Part shown: positions 40,826 to 54,904 of the stretch, one piece after another | Numbering within the stretch: position 1 is the first letter of the stretch | Layout of the letters: the number at the start of each line of letters is the position of its first letter | The notes under the pieces: generated by a model | What the model was told of the DNA's origin: nothing | What the model saw: only the letters and a program-made list of their open reading frames with translations | Database searches by the model: none | Program-made: the position numbers and the translations under genes | Origin: Octopus bimaculoides | Lineage: Eukaryota | Direction of reading: 5' to 3' | DNA: 64,000 nucleotides | Assembly (NCBI RefSeq): GCF_001194135.2 | Contig: NC_068993.1 | Span: forward strand, 64,670,775 to 64,734,774

Positions 40826-41344
40826 CGTGCCTGCCTGCAGATACTAGTGACTCCAAATGATATCAATAACAGTAAATTATAGCTATTTTATGTTCACCAT
40901 CATATATTTGCAAGGGTTATGATGATCGATTTGCGAATAGGTGATACGAATAAGCTCGGAATAGCCTCCAGCGTTGATATGCTGAGGCCCAAGAGTATAA
41001 TGCGTTCCCTGAAGACAGGAGCTTCTCGTGAGGCGACAGAATTGGCCAATGATATAGTTTACGGATGTAACATACGGAATCCAAGGAGCCTGAAGTTGGT
41101 CTGCATAGGTAAAATTTAATCCAAAATTTATGGTGGGTAAAAATAATTAATAGTGAATGAGTTAACTTTCGGGAGCTTTTCCATTCTTCAACGTGAGAGA
41201 GAGGGAGGGGATTGTGAGAGAGAGAGGGAGGGGATTGTGAGAGAGAGAAAGAGAAAGATGGTAATGGTCGCAGGTTAATACAAAGTTTACTTTTTGCTAC
41301 TGTTGTATTGACGGTTGTATTTTCGATCAGTATTTGCTGTGTGA

Positions 41345-41678
41345 AGGCGCGTGGCTCAGTGGTTAGAGCGTCGAGCTTACGATCGTGAGGTTGAGAGTTC
41401 GATTCCCGGACCGGGCTGCGTGTTGTGTTCTTGAGCAAGGCACTTTATTTCACGTTGCTCCTGTTAACTCAGCTGTAGAAATGAGTTGCGACATCACTGG
41501 TGCCAAGTTGTATCAGCCTTTACCTTTCCCTTGGATGACATCAGTGGCGTGGATAGGGGGAGGCTGGTATGCACGGCCGACTGCTGGCTCTCCACAAACA
41601 ACCTTGCCCGGACTTGTGCCTCGGAGGGTAATTTTCTAGGTGCATCCCATGGTCAGTCATGACCGAAGGGGGTCCCCT
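41345..41678 (+). mobile_element. tRNA-headed SINE with a conserved central (CORE/V/Meta-like) domain
   Basis: A box TGGCTCAGTGG and B box GAGTTCGATTCC, then gttgtgttcttgagcaaggcacttt...actcagctg, a motif of deep SINE superfamilies. The exact superfamily is not resolved. Confidence 0.8.
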
Positions 41679-43199
41679 CCTCTCCTCATTTGCTACGAAA
41701 TAAAACATCATAAGAGAATTTGCATTTGTAGCTATTTTGCAAGAATTTTGCAAAGAATTTGAAAATTCTCTTTGCTATTATTCTTGAATAGGCAGAAGAA
41801 TAAGTAGAATAGAAATATTTACACGATTTGTAGTATAGTAGTAGTAGCAGCAGCGGTTGTTTCTTTGGTAACTTCTGCTACCTTCGTTGTTATCGTTGCT
41901 ATTGATATACTGACAAGTCTGTATAAGTAGTCGTCGTCAAGCAGGGCAATTACCCCACCTTATCTTCAGCAGAAGCGAGACTCAAGCATATCTGAAATAG
42001 AGTAGAACACATTTATTGGGTTGGTACTTAACGTTAGTGAAAGAAAAAAACATGATTTAGGGCAAACAACTTCTTAAAATAGCTCGGGGTATGTATTTGA
42101 GCCACAAAAAGAAATAAGAATATAACATACAAAACAAATTCGTAATTTATTAAAATTATCTGTGCTTCCAGTGAAAGTAGACAAATCGCTTGATGGCAAT
42201 TGATAGCAACTCCAGATTAGGAGTCAAGGCGATCTTAAGAATAATTAATTCTCTGAAACTGACATCGTATAAGTTTGTGTATCTATGATGTATGAATGTA
42301 TATGCGTGCGTGTGGTATAGTACAGTACAGTCTAATTATCACGTGATAGTTCTTTGTCGCAAAGTAACTCCGTTGTTACATAGGATCTATCCTCTTAGGC
42401 ACGAGATTTCAAACATTTTTTTTGTCTTTATAATTACTGTACCTAATAATTAAAGGCTTCAAAATATCTAAATTATAGACCCAAAATGACGCTTCTTCGG
42501 TTCTCCCTCTCACTCCTCCCCCCCCCTCTCTCTCTTTCACTAACCCTAACCCTAAATCCCCAAAGCGAAACCTTCGGTACCAGCACACTTGCCACAAAGT
42601 GTATTTTGAAATTTTGGTCCCATCTCAACAATCGCAGCAAGGGATGATATAAATCTATTTTCTTCCACCCGCTGGATTTGGACAACCTATTAGTTTGCGG
42701 ATATTGTTATAGTTTGACATCATTTTATGTGCCTTGCATAGAGATTTCATTTTTATCTTTTCATTTTGTCTAGAGAATGTTCACTCATGGTATATCTATA
42801 TATAGATATATATATATATATATATATATATACTCTGTGTGTGTGTAGGTGAATGCCTGGCAGGTTGACTGGCTACAAATACCAAGAATCTAAATGTCTC
42901 TCACAGACGCACTCAGCCGTCTTAAGTAAATGAATTAAACAAAAAATACGTCGAGGCACATCTTCCTTGATATAATCTCTTGAAATGATGAGATAAAACT
43001 TTCGTCATGGACACCTTTGATTGAAGCTTTTTCTAGTTCTATCAGAACAGCTCTGTGAATTAAACAAGTTTTTTGCACCAGGTAGATCATTTAACGAGAA
43101 GTGAGTGACAAATATGCTTGACTGGAACATAGCAACTAAAGAAAATCAGTTACGACAAGCTGAAAGTGAGTCACCAGAAGACAGTAAAGGCCCTTGGAT

Positions 43200-43590
43200 T
43201 GACCGAATCGTTTCAGTGACTGAAATAAATGTCCTGCACCCGCCGAGATCGACTCTGCCTTTCATCGTTGCGGGGTCGATAAAATAAAGTACCAATCAGT
43301 CACTAAAATTAAATGCTTTCGGTTAACCCCCATCCCCTCAAATTACGGGTTTTGTGCCTAAGTCGCGATTATGCCTAAATGCAATTATGACAGGTGGTGA
43401 TTTAGCAGAATTGTAAAGGTTTTGCAAAGCAATAATGTACCGCCACGCAACGTTGAGTTCGAATTGTGTGACGGTCATCTTTGCCTTTCTTTCTTCCAGA
43501 GTCCATGGAAAGAAAGCAGCAATTAAATACTGAACTCAATACAATTGTCTCTGTCCCTACGGTTTGTTCCTAAATTAGAAACAATTATTT
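43200..43590 (+). mobile_element. Two degenerate tandem SINE copies (same family)
   Basis: ccgccgagatcgactctgcctttcatc...ggggtcgataaaataaagtacc, followed by ggtggtgatttagcagaattg...gagttcgaatt...ctttgcctttc. Confidence 0.55.
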
Positions 43591-44190
43591 TTATAATTAT
43601 TGCTCGTGGAAAAAATATTGCAAATATCATATTGCATAATAACAATTGAACACAGGCTGTAACAGCTTACGGATCTTAGAGGTATAGGTCAGTTGTCAGT
43701 TTTAAAAAAAAGTCATCCTATCTACTCGGCTGTTTCCTTGCTTATTCCGTTCTCCTAATACATTATTGTTGAGTTTACTAATTAGCCTAGCTGGGCATTG
43801 AAATTTTGTTATTTTATTAATCTTTTTGTAATAATAAACGATTAGATGTGGCCACACGATCAAACATAAAGTGCTAAAGAGATTTATTCAACCATGCAAG
43901 ATTTTATTTGTCGGTCTTGGGCTGCTAACAATAGTCTGATTGTAATTGCTGTTGATATTACTGCCGTTAATGTTGCTTAATGTGTTGTTTTTTTTGTGTG
44001 TTCGTCGCTGCTTGTTTGAGTATGTAATTATTGGTTAGATTCATTCTTTACATAAAATTGAAAATCGAAATTTAATCATTCATTCGATTTTGATAAAGTT
44101 TTCTTCCTAAACATTTCTCTCGAATTAGGAATATACTGCAAAAAACGTTGACAATATTAATAACAGCAACAACAACGACAATAATAATAA

Positions 44191-44850
44191 TTGTAGAGAT
44201 ACCCTACAATCTAGATGTAATGCAAAAGTCAGCATTACTCGGAACTGCACGCATATTGCGTAAAGTACTGTCTGAGGTCCTTGTTGTGACTTGACAGACA
44301 GTACAAACCCATGGTAGAAACAATATCGTCAATCAACAACTTCACGATATTGTATACGGTAAGACGTCTATAATAATAACTCATTTCGGATCAGTCATCA
44401 CCTGCTACAAGGACCGCTGCTGGAACAAACTCTCAAAAAAAAAAAAAACAATCTACTAGGTATCCAGAACCAAAATAACCCTAACCCTAACCCTGTAGTG
44501 ACACCACCAAGAGAGGATTATAGAGATGTGCTGAAAGCTTTCTATACAACCCAACTAAACCCAAACAATAACTTCATAGTACAAACATGCACTTCATGGA
44601 GAAACTTAATAGGCAACGAAGTACGCAGATATATAGATGCAAATAAATGAAGTAATGTACGTAGAAACATCATTAAGAATAAAAGGTTAAACGTCGCTGA
44701 AATTAGCCAAATTAGGACACAAATATCTCATGGTAGACCGAATGAAAACAGCAACAATACTGATGAAACAGGTAACAGATGCATAGAACCCAATGTTGTG
44801 ATGGGTGTTGTGCACCGAGAACTTTCAGCGACTCCCTTTTGTATCTGAAC
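44191..44850 (+). mobile_element. R4/Dong-like 3' end followed directly by the 5' ORF region of a similar element
   Basis: QKSALLGTARILRKVLS with stop at 44292-94, then (TAA)3 at 44371-79, then REDYRDVLKAFY...IDANK*SNVRRNIIKNKRLNVAEISQIR from 44510, resembling the N-terminal region of R4/Dong ORFs. Confidence 0.65.
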
Positions 44851-45804
44851 ATTCAGGTACGCAAGATTTTGTTCACCATTAAGAGTCATTAGTTATTTTT
44901 CCGAAACACTTTTAGATTCCAACAGTAGATTCCAACAATATATGTTTGTTTCCTCATGCATTTGGAATGGCACTCTTAAAACATTCCAGAGACCTAGGGC
45001 AATTTGTGTTGATCAGAAATACATTAAGAATATTTTGGTGTGTTTCATTTAGGTATTTTGTTATTCTCTTATTTGTTTATACCGAATATTACGCATTTGT
45101 CTTGGTAATAATTCACAGAATTTCACCAATCACCGTAAAGTTATAAGTGCTTTTCGTTTTGCTTTGCTCCCCTCTAACTTACATCTATAAGAGAAAAAAT
45201 GTTGTAATTATTGGCATTTATGCTGATATCTCTGTGCGTCTATCACACACACACACACATGCGTATACATATATCCATATTCATATATGTAAATTACTTA
45301 TCTATTACATACGTGCATGTTTATATATATATATGCATGTATGTATGAGTATTTTTGTTCGTGTGTGTATGTGTGTGTGTGTGTGCGCGCGCGCGTATAT
45401 CTGACTCAGGGGTTGCATGCGTACATGCACACACATACACAATTACCTCTGCTGTTATATATAGATATTAATGAACGAGTGACGGTGAGTGGGGTTCAAC
45501 CATTCTGCTGACATTAATGCAGGATGTATTTATAATTACATTTGTTCGAGGATTTTTTCCCCCTTTAAGTTAATGCTGTGTCTTAGAAAATGATATGAAA
45601 AATCTCCATTGCTGAATGAAATAAACAATCTATAAATGTATTTAGTATAATTACAGAAGTATATTATGAATCGTAATCACTGATTCTACTGATACCGTAC
45701 TAATATTACATACTAATACACATGCATTCATATACAGAAGCACACAAGCACGTACACACACACATATTCATATACACATATATATCAGTCTGTTTGTATG
45801 TATG

Positions 45805-45863
<59 letters not shown>

Positions 45864-45928
45864 NNNNNNNNNNNNNNNNNNNNNNNNNNNNNNNNNNNNN
45901 NNNNNNNTACACACACACACACATGCAT

Positions 45929-45976
<48 letters not shown>

Positions 45977-46634
45977 TTTATGCGTGATTTTGTGTGAAGT
46001 TATATGAAAAACAATTTAACATTAAATTAAAGGATCACTCAATACCTTTAACCAGAGTACATTTTCATTAATTTTTGAAAGGAAAGTGTTGACTGTGCTT
46101 CCCAAATTTTCTCTGACAGTCACCAGACTTTGTTTACTTTGGTTTTCTTGGGCTGTAAACACAATATTTTTGGAAGTCAGTTAATTTGGTATGTGGAGTA
46201 ATGAGAATTAGATGTCGTGTAGGCAGTCAGGAGAAATGGTTATTACGGAAGGAGTGTTGGTGAAGGAGAGGGGTGGAAAGTATGTGTTTTCTTGGTATCT
46301 GTAGAGAGGAAGGATAGTGGAGAGAGTTTTCCTGGTTTGGTAGTGAAATTTGTTGTTTCTTCTTGTTTTCCTAGTTAGGCATGTATTCAAAGTAAATTTG
46401 TTTGTGTAAATCCACAAATTTACTCCCTAAGAATATATAGAATAAGTGCAGTGGATAAGAAACGGAATGGTAAGAATATTTGAGCGTATAGAACAGGCAA
46501 ATGGTAAATGGGTTGTACGATATCCCTCGATTTAAAAGAGCATTTTGCCAAACTTGTGCTTGTGATCGCCTTTCTAGAACACTACGCATCATCAATTGAT
46601 GGAACACTCTGTCGTATATGCATACATGGGCCCG

Positions 46635-47120
46635 TTTTTTCGGTTTTAATGGCGTATGTTCCCCAGCTGGACGGGATGCCAGTCCATCGCAGCGTTACTC
46701 ATTTTTGCCAGCTGAGTGGACTGGGGCAACGTGAAATGAAGTGTTTTGCTCAAGAACACAACGCGTCTACATATATATAGTAGTGGCGCTCCGTCGGTTA
46801 CGACAGCAAGGGTTCCAGTTGATCCGATCAACGTAGCAGCCTGCTCTTGAAATTAACGTGTAAGTGGTTAAGCACTCCACACACACGTGTACTCCTGACG
46901 AGATTCAGCGTGACACAGTGTGACAAGGGTGACCCTTTGAAATACAAGTGCAACAGAAACAGGAAGAATGAGTGAGAGAAAGTTGTGGTGAAAGAGTACA
47001 GCAGGGTGCGCCACCATCCCCTGCCGGAGCCTCATGCAGCTTTAGATGTTTTCGCTCAATAAACCGCGATCCCTCGACCGCGAGTCCGCCGCCCTAACCA
47101 CTGGACCATTGCACCTCCAC
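46635..47120 (-). mobile_element. Central-domain SINE fragment (46635-46770) abutting a different tRNA-headed SINE (~46780-47120)
   Basis: The reverse complement gives gttgtgttcttgagcaaaacactt...ccagtccactcagctgg, and a head gtggaggtgcaatggtccagtggttagggcggcggactc. A partial copy of the second family is at ~19165-19265. Confidence 0.75.
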
Positions 47121-47121
47121 A

Positions 47122-47170
<49 letters not shown>

Positions 47171-48230
47171 AATGAAATACTTGTCAAATCATTCCATCAT
47201 TTGCAATCCAACAAACGAATTCTCCTCTAAGTTCTCTCATATAGATGTTATGGTTATTTTGGGTTTTTGTTTACTTTCTCTTTTGTTTTGGATATTTCAA
47301 TCTACAATATCGCCATCCTCATCGTCTTAATTATCGCCACTCTCCTCACTACCATCTCATCATTACTGTCCGTCACCATTGTGATCTTCATCGTGAAAAT
47401 TAAACAATATGAACACTATAAAATAGAAATTACAAGAAAGTTAGTTCAAATTACAGCGAAATATTTCTTTGCAATCTTTTATTGCCGTAATTAATTCTAT
47501 GCAATGTTTGTTNNNNNNNNNNNNNNNNNNNNNNNNNNNNNNNNNNNNNNNNNNNNNNNNNNNNNNNNNNNNNNNNNNNNNNNNNNNNNNNNNNNNNNNN
47601 NNNNNNNNNNNNNNNNNNNNNNNNNNNNNNNNNNTTGTAGTTGTTATCTAGTATTGTTGCTGTTGATGCAGCTATTGTTGCCCGTCTTATTGTTGAAGTG
47701 ATGGCTCTTGTTTATATTCGTGTTCTTCATGTGACTGTTGTTCATATCGACGTTTATTTGGAGCCGTTATTGTCGTTGTTGATCCTTCTCTTATTATTCA
47801 TGTCGCTGTACGTTTGTCTTGATGCTTCATGTTAGTTGCCTATTGTAAGCGTTAGTGGTTGTTTTTGCTAAGGTTGATATTGTTGTAACTATTATTGGTC
47901 TACGTGTTGTTATTATTATTATTATTGTCTATTGTATATGAAACGAAATATGAAAATAATTAAAAGAACAATGAAGAAACCATCATTTCTTTCTAGTTGC
48001 CAATTCTTTGAGAACCGTTAATCCAATTTTCGATTGGAAATCACGCAAAGATATTCAATCGCATTCTGTCCTTTCTTCGCTTCTCCCCTTCCTTCCTTCC
48101 ATCTCCTCTTTCTTCCTCTCTTTTTGATTTATTTATTTACGTTCATTCTTTAATTTCTCTTTGTTTGCAGAGATTCTTTCTCTTAGCTTATATTTCTCTA
48201 ATATAAGAATTATATATAATTTATATATAT

Positions 48231-48294
<64 letters not shown>

Positions 48295-51200
48295 CAGTCT
48301 CTAAAAGATGTTCCTGTTATTCTTCTACTTCATGGTTATATCATTTCACCATTTATTTTATTTTATAATTGTTTAATTCCTATAAAAACCATTCATTTCT
48401 GAACTCTATCGAACATTCTCGGACACCAAGCTTGACGCTCATAACTCTGACATTTTAAAGCATCATTGAATTCTCCTACTTGCTTCTTTGTGTGTATATC
48501 TACATTGATAGATAAGAGATGTATATGTGTGTGTGTATGTGTGCGTGCGCGTGTGTTTGTGTGAATGCGCGCGCGCGCCCATATTAACTTCTAATAAGTT
48601 TAGCCAAAACAAAAAGCCTGGTGGCAAACATAATTTGGAAATATTCAATAGAGTATCATCTACTTAGATGAAATCGTAGTCAGGGGTATCTTTATAGAGA
48701 AATTAGTCCACACGGAAAATCTCCCGCCCATCCCGCAGGGAAAGTTAAGAGACAGGAAGTATATCTCTTATATATGTTTGATATCTGTTATATATCGTAT
48801 ATATGTTTAATATCTCTTACAATATAGACATCACTTCAAATATTGCTAGGTACTTCCAATTTCTTGTAAGTCTGGCAAACTTCATATACGGAAATAGCAC
48901 GTAGCGTCCCAAAACAGATAATCGAGATTATTTCCAATTTCTAGCAATGACGAATAGTTCTCCTTGGCCATGTTGAAATAGCCGGCGAGGAAAATAACAT
49001 CAAATAACTGCTGGAATAAAGAGGAAATAGCAAAGTATAGTACAGCTTTTTAACGAAAGTTAATTTTCGATAAATGTTTTACTGGCATTCTAGGTGTTCT
49101 AACGTAAACTTGTTACCAGTTCAAATTTACTTGAGACATATTCGAACCCCGTAAGAAAGCCTTTTGACCTGGAGAAAAATTCTCGCTGTAGACAAAAAAA
49201 CAATTCAGTTCGGAGCGCCCTCTACCCAGATCGATGAATGCATGAATTTCAGAGTAACCTCCTCCTCAGTGCGATGCTTCACACCAAGAACGATTAAAAT
49301 TACATGACTTGCATCGACCAACGAAGTGAACCATTACTAATGTCTAATTATGTAGTCGATATTTATTCCCAGCCAGTCTTCTTTTTTGCGTTTATGTATT
49401 TGATTTGTAAGATTCCGGATGTGAAATCGTGTGTTGAAACAGATATTGTTATATTTCGAGACGGTCATACTTTTGCCACTTAACCAGTTTTATTATTATT
49501 ATTTCAGTGTTCTTTGTCTAAAATCTTTCGTCATACATCCTGTGACCTCTCCCGCGACTCTCCATTTCACGTGTCACCGCCTGTTCTATTTAGTTAATTC
49601 TGTCTTTTTGTGGCGTGAGAGACAGAAAGATAGAATGAACTAAACAAAACAGTGAGCATAATCCTTCCGTATAGGCATTTTTATGCAGACCGCTTCCTGA
49701 TTATATTATCTTTCGAACGCTTTGTGCAATTACGGAAAATCCAGGGACAATATTGACATGCTTTCATTTAATACTTGTTAACAAATCGCTTTGGCTACAT
49801 ATGGTTTACACTCTATTAGTTCTTTTACAGTTCAGACCCGATCAATAGACATTTTGGTCAAAGGTGTTCTTGTCATCACCACCTTTTTATCTTCTGGACA
49901 TAGTGTATCTAAGATTCCATTATATTATGTGGCATTTGTTGCTGTTGCAGCTGCTACTGTTGTTTATATCTTGCTATATCGAGCAGACTTTTGTATCGAA
50001 AACGATTTAACCTTCGTTATTCTCATTTTTCTATTCAGATTCTGTGTTTTTACTACATTTTTTTTTCCACTTTGGGACACTTCCGACGTTGGTGTTTATT
50101 TTTTCCGCCTTATCTAAGAGCACGATACTTGTCGACACTTAAAAGTAACCTGAGAGGGTTTCAAACTGGAATCGTACGTGTATCAGGTATTCAGTTTATT
50201 ATGAGATGTAATTAATTACCTATAGCTTGGTTATGGTTACAATATTTGATTGATTACTTCGTATATATACGGAGTGAATGAAATGGTTACAGCTCTGAAT
50301 CGAAACTGGATAGCTGATTCATTTGTTCGCTGATGTAGGATGCATCTTCTAATAAAAGTGAAAGCAAATAAAATTGATCAAAGCAGGAAGAATTTGCGAA
50401 TTTATTTCAAAACTGGCAATGGTTCTTGCATGATACCATTTCTATAAGGAACTGTTGTCGCTGTAATATTACTTAGGTGTAAATCGCTGTTGTCTCTGAT
50501 GGCGGCTGGTCGGTAGCAATGCTGGTGATGATCGTGGCGATGCTTCTCATCAAAATGACGTCTATCATCCTTGGTTCAAATAATATATTTTTTGATGCTG
50601 AAATGTTGTGTATTCGGAGAAGTAAGGATAATGAAATTAGTTTGTTTTTTTTACTTTTGTTTTTCATCTAAACTTTTATTGCGAAACCACAAGTAATGTT
50701 ATATAGGATTCCCTAAAGGGAGTAATTTTGATAAGAAGGACGGAGAGTTAGATATTTCGAGTTTAATGTTCGCAAATTACATTTTGTGACATGAAAACTG
50801 GAGGGAAAAGGTAGAGTATGGAACTTTAAAGAAGGATGAAAGCGGGGTAGAATTTTGAAGATTAAGAAATGAGAAAGAAGAATAAAATGGCTATTTTGCA
50901 ACGAACGTCATACATTAAGCTGTTAGTTCAGTGTGGTGCACTTAATGGTTCGTTTAATTTCAACACAAGTATTTGACTGGGTGATTTTATAACAGTAGCG
51001 AAAATAGAAAAAGAGAGCCTGAAGTAGAGAGAGAGAAGGACAGAGTTAAAGAGAGAAATATAAAGATAAAGCGAGAGCGAGAATAAGCAAACAGATAGAA
51101 AACAGAGAGAGAGAGAGGAATGAAATATAGGAACAACTTAGCAATGACAGAGTCGTGTTATAGAAAATTAACTATAAACAGTTAACTTATATTTCGTATT

Positions 51201-53942
51201 GCCGAGAATTGGGTTTAGCTGAAGAAATTCTACAGATTTAACGATGGATTAGATAAGCTATAAAACTTAGTGATCTCATCTTTTAACGTTTCAACGTCAC
51301 TGAAATAAATCCCCTTGGAGCGCCTTCTCTGGTCTTAGTTTCGAGTTAACCGACCAGAAATAGGTGCTAACAATGGCAGATCAATATCTTAACTGCTAGC
51401 AGCTGTTTAGTTCAAAACAGCATGTTATCCGCATCACTCGCTCTATTACAACTCCTATATATCTCTGTCAACAACTCATTCCAATTCTCTCTCTCACTCT
51501 TGTTCTCTTCCTTTTTTTGCTTTCTCTCTTGTCTTCAATGATCACCCCACCCACNNNNNNNNNNNNNNNNNNNNNNNNNNNNNNNNNNNNNNNNNNNCAC
51601 CCACCCGCCCATCTTTTATCTTTTAGTTTCAATTACTTTCAATTCATCATTTTCTACAAAATAATCGTATTTGACAACGTAGAGAAAATAATATTCCGTT
51701 TAATAAGATAATGTTATTTGTGGTTTGCATGTGTTTCTATCGTCGTTGTTATTGTTTGTGTTGTCATTTTTTTCCTGCTGTTGTAGTTTTGTTTTTATTG
51801 TTTTTGTCTGTCGTTTCTTGATGCAGCTGTATTTTATACCTCGCTTAATCGATCCTGTTTAAATCATTGGGTTTAAAAGAGAGTGGGAGTGAGAGAAAGA
51901 AGGAGAGAGAGAGAGAGAGGATGAGAGAGAGAGAGGATGAGAGAGAGAGAGGATGAGAGAGAGAGAGAGGGCATAAGAGATTTCCATAATAAATTTGTCA
52001 TATCTTTTATGAACATGGAATGTTTTAACCTCGGCGAGTTTGATAAAACCAAGCTTCTTACTGTCAACTCCACACCATTACAGATTACTATCACATTGTT
52101 ATAAAAGGATATGATTAATTAGTATGCAATATATACAGGGTCAGGAGAGGTTGTGGGGGGTAGTTTTGGAAACGGAAGAGAAGTGATACTATTGAGGCCA
52201 GCAAAAGCTATTAAATACATTCAATAGATTTGGCAGAATATAATCATCACAAATTTATAGTTATGAAAGAAAATTGTGTAGTGTCATGAACAGATCAATG
52301 CTATGTCAACTATTAACATTTGCTTACTTATGCTGAAGAAAAATAACTGATAGACCAAAACAGCCGGATAGGGAAAAAGAAGGGACATATTCGATCGGAA
52401 ATTTGCCAAAGAGGGTTTTATGGGAAGTTGCAATGTTTAAAGAAATGTTTTCGTCTGTTTTGTTTGCTAAGAAGCACACATGTGTTGGTAGATAAATAAT
52501 ATTTTAAATAAGAAACGTTATGAGAAGCAAGTCATAACGTAGAAAATATATAGAGAGAGAGGGACAAAAGAAACACTAACAGATATGCCTGAAACGTAAC
52601 AAAACAAAGTATTGAGAAGGGAGGAATTAAATCAATAGAGACTGAGTGAACACACTTCGTTGAGAATAACAGGTATCAATGCAATGTTCCCTGTAAAAAT
52701 GAACATCTCTCTACATATGTAAGAATTGTTGCAGTGAGTCTTTTGCTAGATAGCTAAGCGGAGATCAGAGACAATATTACAAACTTTGCTGCTGTCATTT
52801 TGTAAAGCAGCTTTATAGGAGACAAACTATTACATTTGAATAAATGTCGGCAAAGTTCCGGGAGCAAAACATGCTATAGTACGAGCAGTTCTGGTAAACA
52901 TTATTGCTTCCTCCTAATCCCAAAAGATAAACCCGTTATTGGTAATGAGTTCTGTTTCTTTTATTTTTTTATTTTTTCATATATTTATTTCATATATTCG
53001 TGTTGGTTTAAATATTTCTTATTCGTTATGAAGTGAATACCAAACGATTTGAGGGTAATTTGACTCCATTGTTGTTGACTTCTTTACATTCATCAAGAAT
53101 TACATAACAATGGAGCCGCCATGCCGGTGCTCGACTAACAAGAATTATCAGTCAAATTTCCTTCCAATCATTTTCCTTAAATAAACACCCAAAAAACTCC
53201 TTTAATAACTTTAAATATCAGATCCAGTTTGTATTGACATTATTGTCTTTGCTTGCTGCTTTAACTTTTAAGCACCTCTTGAGGAAGATTCATCTGCGAA
53301 TTGGACTAATTTTGGTTTCCAGATCGCTGTGTCATTGCATTTCTAAGAACCTAACGGATTTGTATTTACTTTGCACAACATAACTTTGTTATATTTATTT
53401 AAAGATCGCCAAGCAGAAGATGTCAAGTATTCGGAGCTGATAAATTTAAAAACGTAGATCACCTGTATACAGCAAATCACTTTGTTTATCATCAGAGAAT
53501 GGAATACAATTACTGGTGGTGGCAAATATTGCCCAGGGACGCTTGCTGTACGACGAATTAACAGCAAAGCGAGAACTGAGATATTCAATGTAGCGATGAA
53601 ATAAATGTAAATGAATAAGAAATACACACGTACTAATGAGAAAATATCTATCACTAGAATGAATAACTTAGGATCATAAAGTCAAGGATGGAAAACCTCG
53701 GTATTTTTTAAATGACTTTTAGCTTTAATTGCTAATTTTAATAAATCCATAATCGAGGATTATTTTCCCTGCCGAATTAGTTATTAATCTAATGTTTGTC
53801 TCCTCGCTATGGATTTGATGAATTTAAATTTGAAGTTGTCTCCCCTGTCCTTGATGTGAATTACTATGACAATAATTATTTTTAACTCCTCTCTAGTAAA
53901 GATGTATTTATAATGGTAATATTTATTTTTTTGTGTTTGCAG

Positions 53943-54036
53943 GTAGCAAAATCTGTACAGCCACGACGTCATATACGTCCCATCCTTACAGCTGGCAAAC
54001 AATTACTTCTCCTTATTATCCAGACAATTACCTTGA
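53943..54036 (+). CDS. CUB2 exon a
   Basis: Acceptor ttttttgtgtttgcag|GT and donor GA|gtaagt; 94 nt, phase 1 to 2. Reads (G)SKICTATTSYTSHPYSWQTITSPYYPDNYL(D), with the canonical ITSPxYPxxY. Joins 56303 in frame (GA|T=Asp). Confidence 0.93.
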
Positions 54037-54904
54037 GTAAGTAATTCTAGCTTAATTGTTTTCTGTCTGTTCTCATGTATACTCTATACATACACACACT
54101 CATGCATGCAAACACACCCACATACACCCAATACACAACAGAGTGGCATTTTCATTGTCGCTCGTATTTTTGCGAGCAACAACTGACAAATGGCTGCCCG
54201 GTGATTACGATCTTCTCAAAAATCTAGGAAACATTGACTCAGAATACGGGCAGCATCCGGACTACGTCTTGCACAACGGAATCACTGCTTTGCTGTGTCC
54301 CTCCTCTCAAATACGGAATACTTTCTTGACACAGAGTACTTTCGCTGTTTCGCTATTCACGAAACGTTTATTCTCAGCTTGAATAAAAAGTAAGCCACGT
54401 TTTGAACCATGAAGAATGTGTACAGGATTTTTGCAGAATTTTCAATTCTTTTAAACAGTTTTTGCAATTGTCTGGTAATACAGATAAGACTTGCCCAAAT
54501 GCATAAACAAAATTAACATTGATTTTGTTTTTTCACCGTTGTTACAAACATCTCTGACCGAATTGGTCATGATTTTGTTTGCGCGTCGTTCGAAAGATTG
54601 GTGAGGGATTGTTAAATTGGAATTATATTTGTTATTAATTGTCTCTTGAGATACTTGTTTTTGCTGCCTTACGGCAGTTTTGTTACTGCTGCCCCCCTCC
54701 CCTTGTTTGAAAGGGGAAGTGCATTATGTGTTTTTTTCATAATGTATGAAGGTTTGAATTATTCAGACGTAACAACGTCTGAGGAGGAATTGCTGAAAGG
54801 TTTTGAAATTGTAGACCAGAAGATTGAAAAGATGAAGGTGGAAAAAAAAATTATTTTATAGCTGCGGCTGAGGAAAAAAGTGAGGAAATTTATTTTAAGA
54901 AGGC

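Noticed and set aside
41345-41420. tRNA genes at SINE heads (also 25575-25650)
   Set aside because: The A and B boxes continue into SINE bodies or tails and the cloverleaves are incomplete, so they are treated as SINE heads.
42541-44494. (TAACCC)2-3 telomere-like repeats at 42541 and ~44476
   Set aside because: Too short; the second encodes NPNPNP inside the retroelement ORF.
54056-54382. Protein-like ORF (DKWLPGDYDLLKNLGNIDSEYGQHPDY) just after CUB2 exon a
   Set aside because: Its candidate acceptor is phase 1 but the preceding exon ends in phase 2; intron retention hits an immediate TAA; no recognisable domain.
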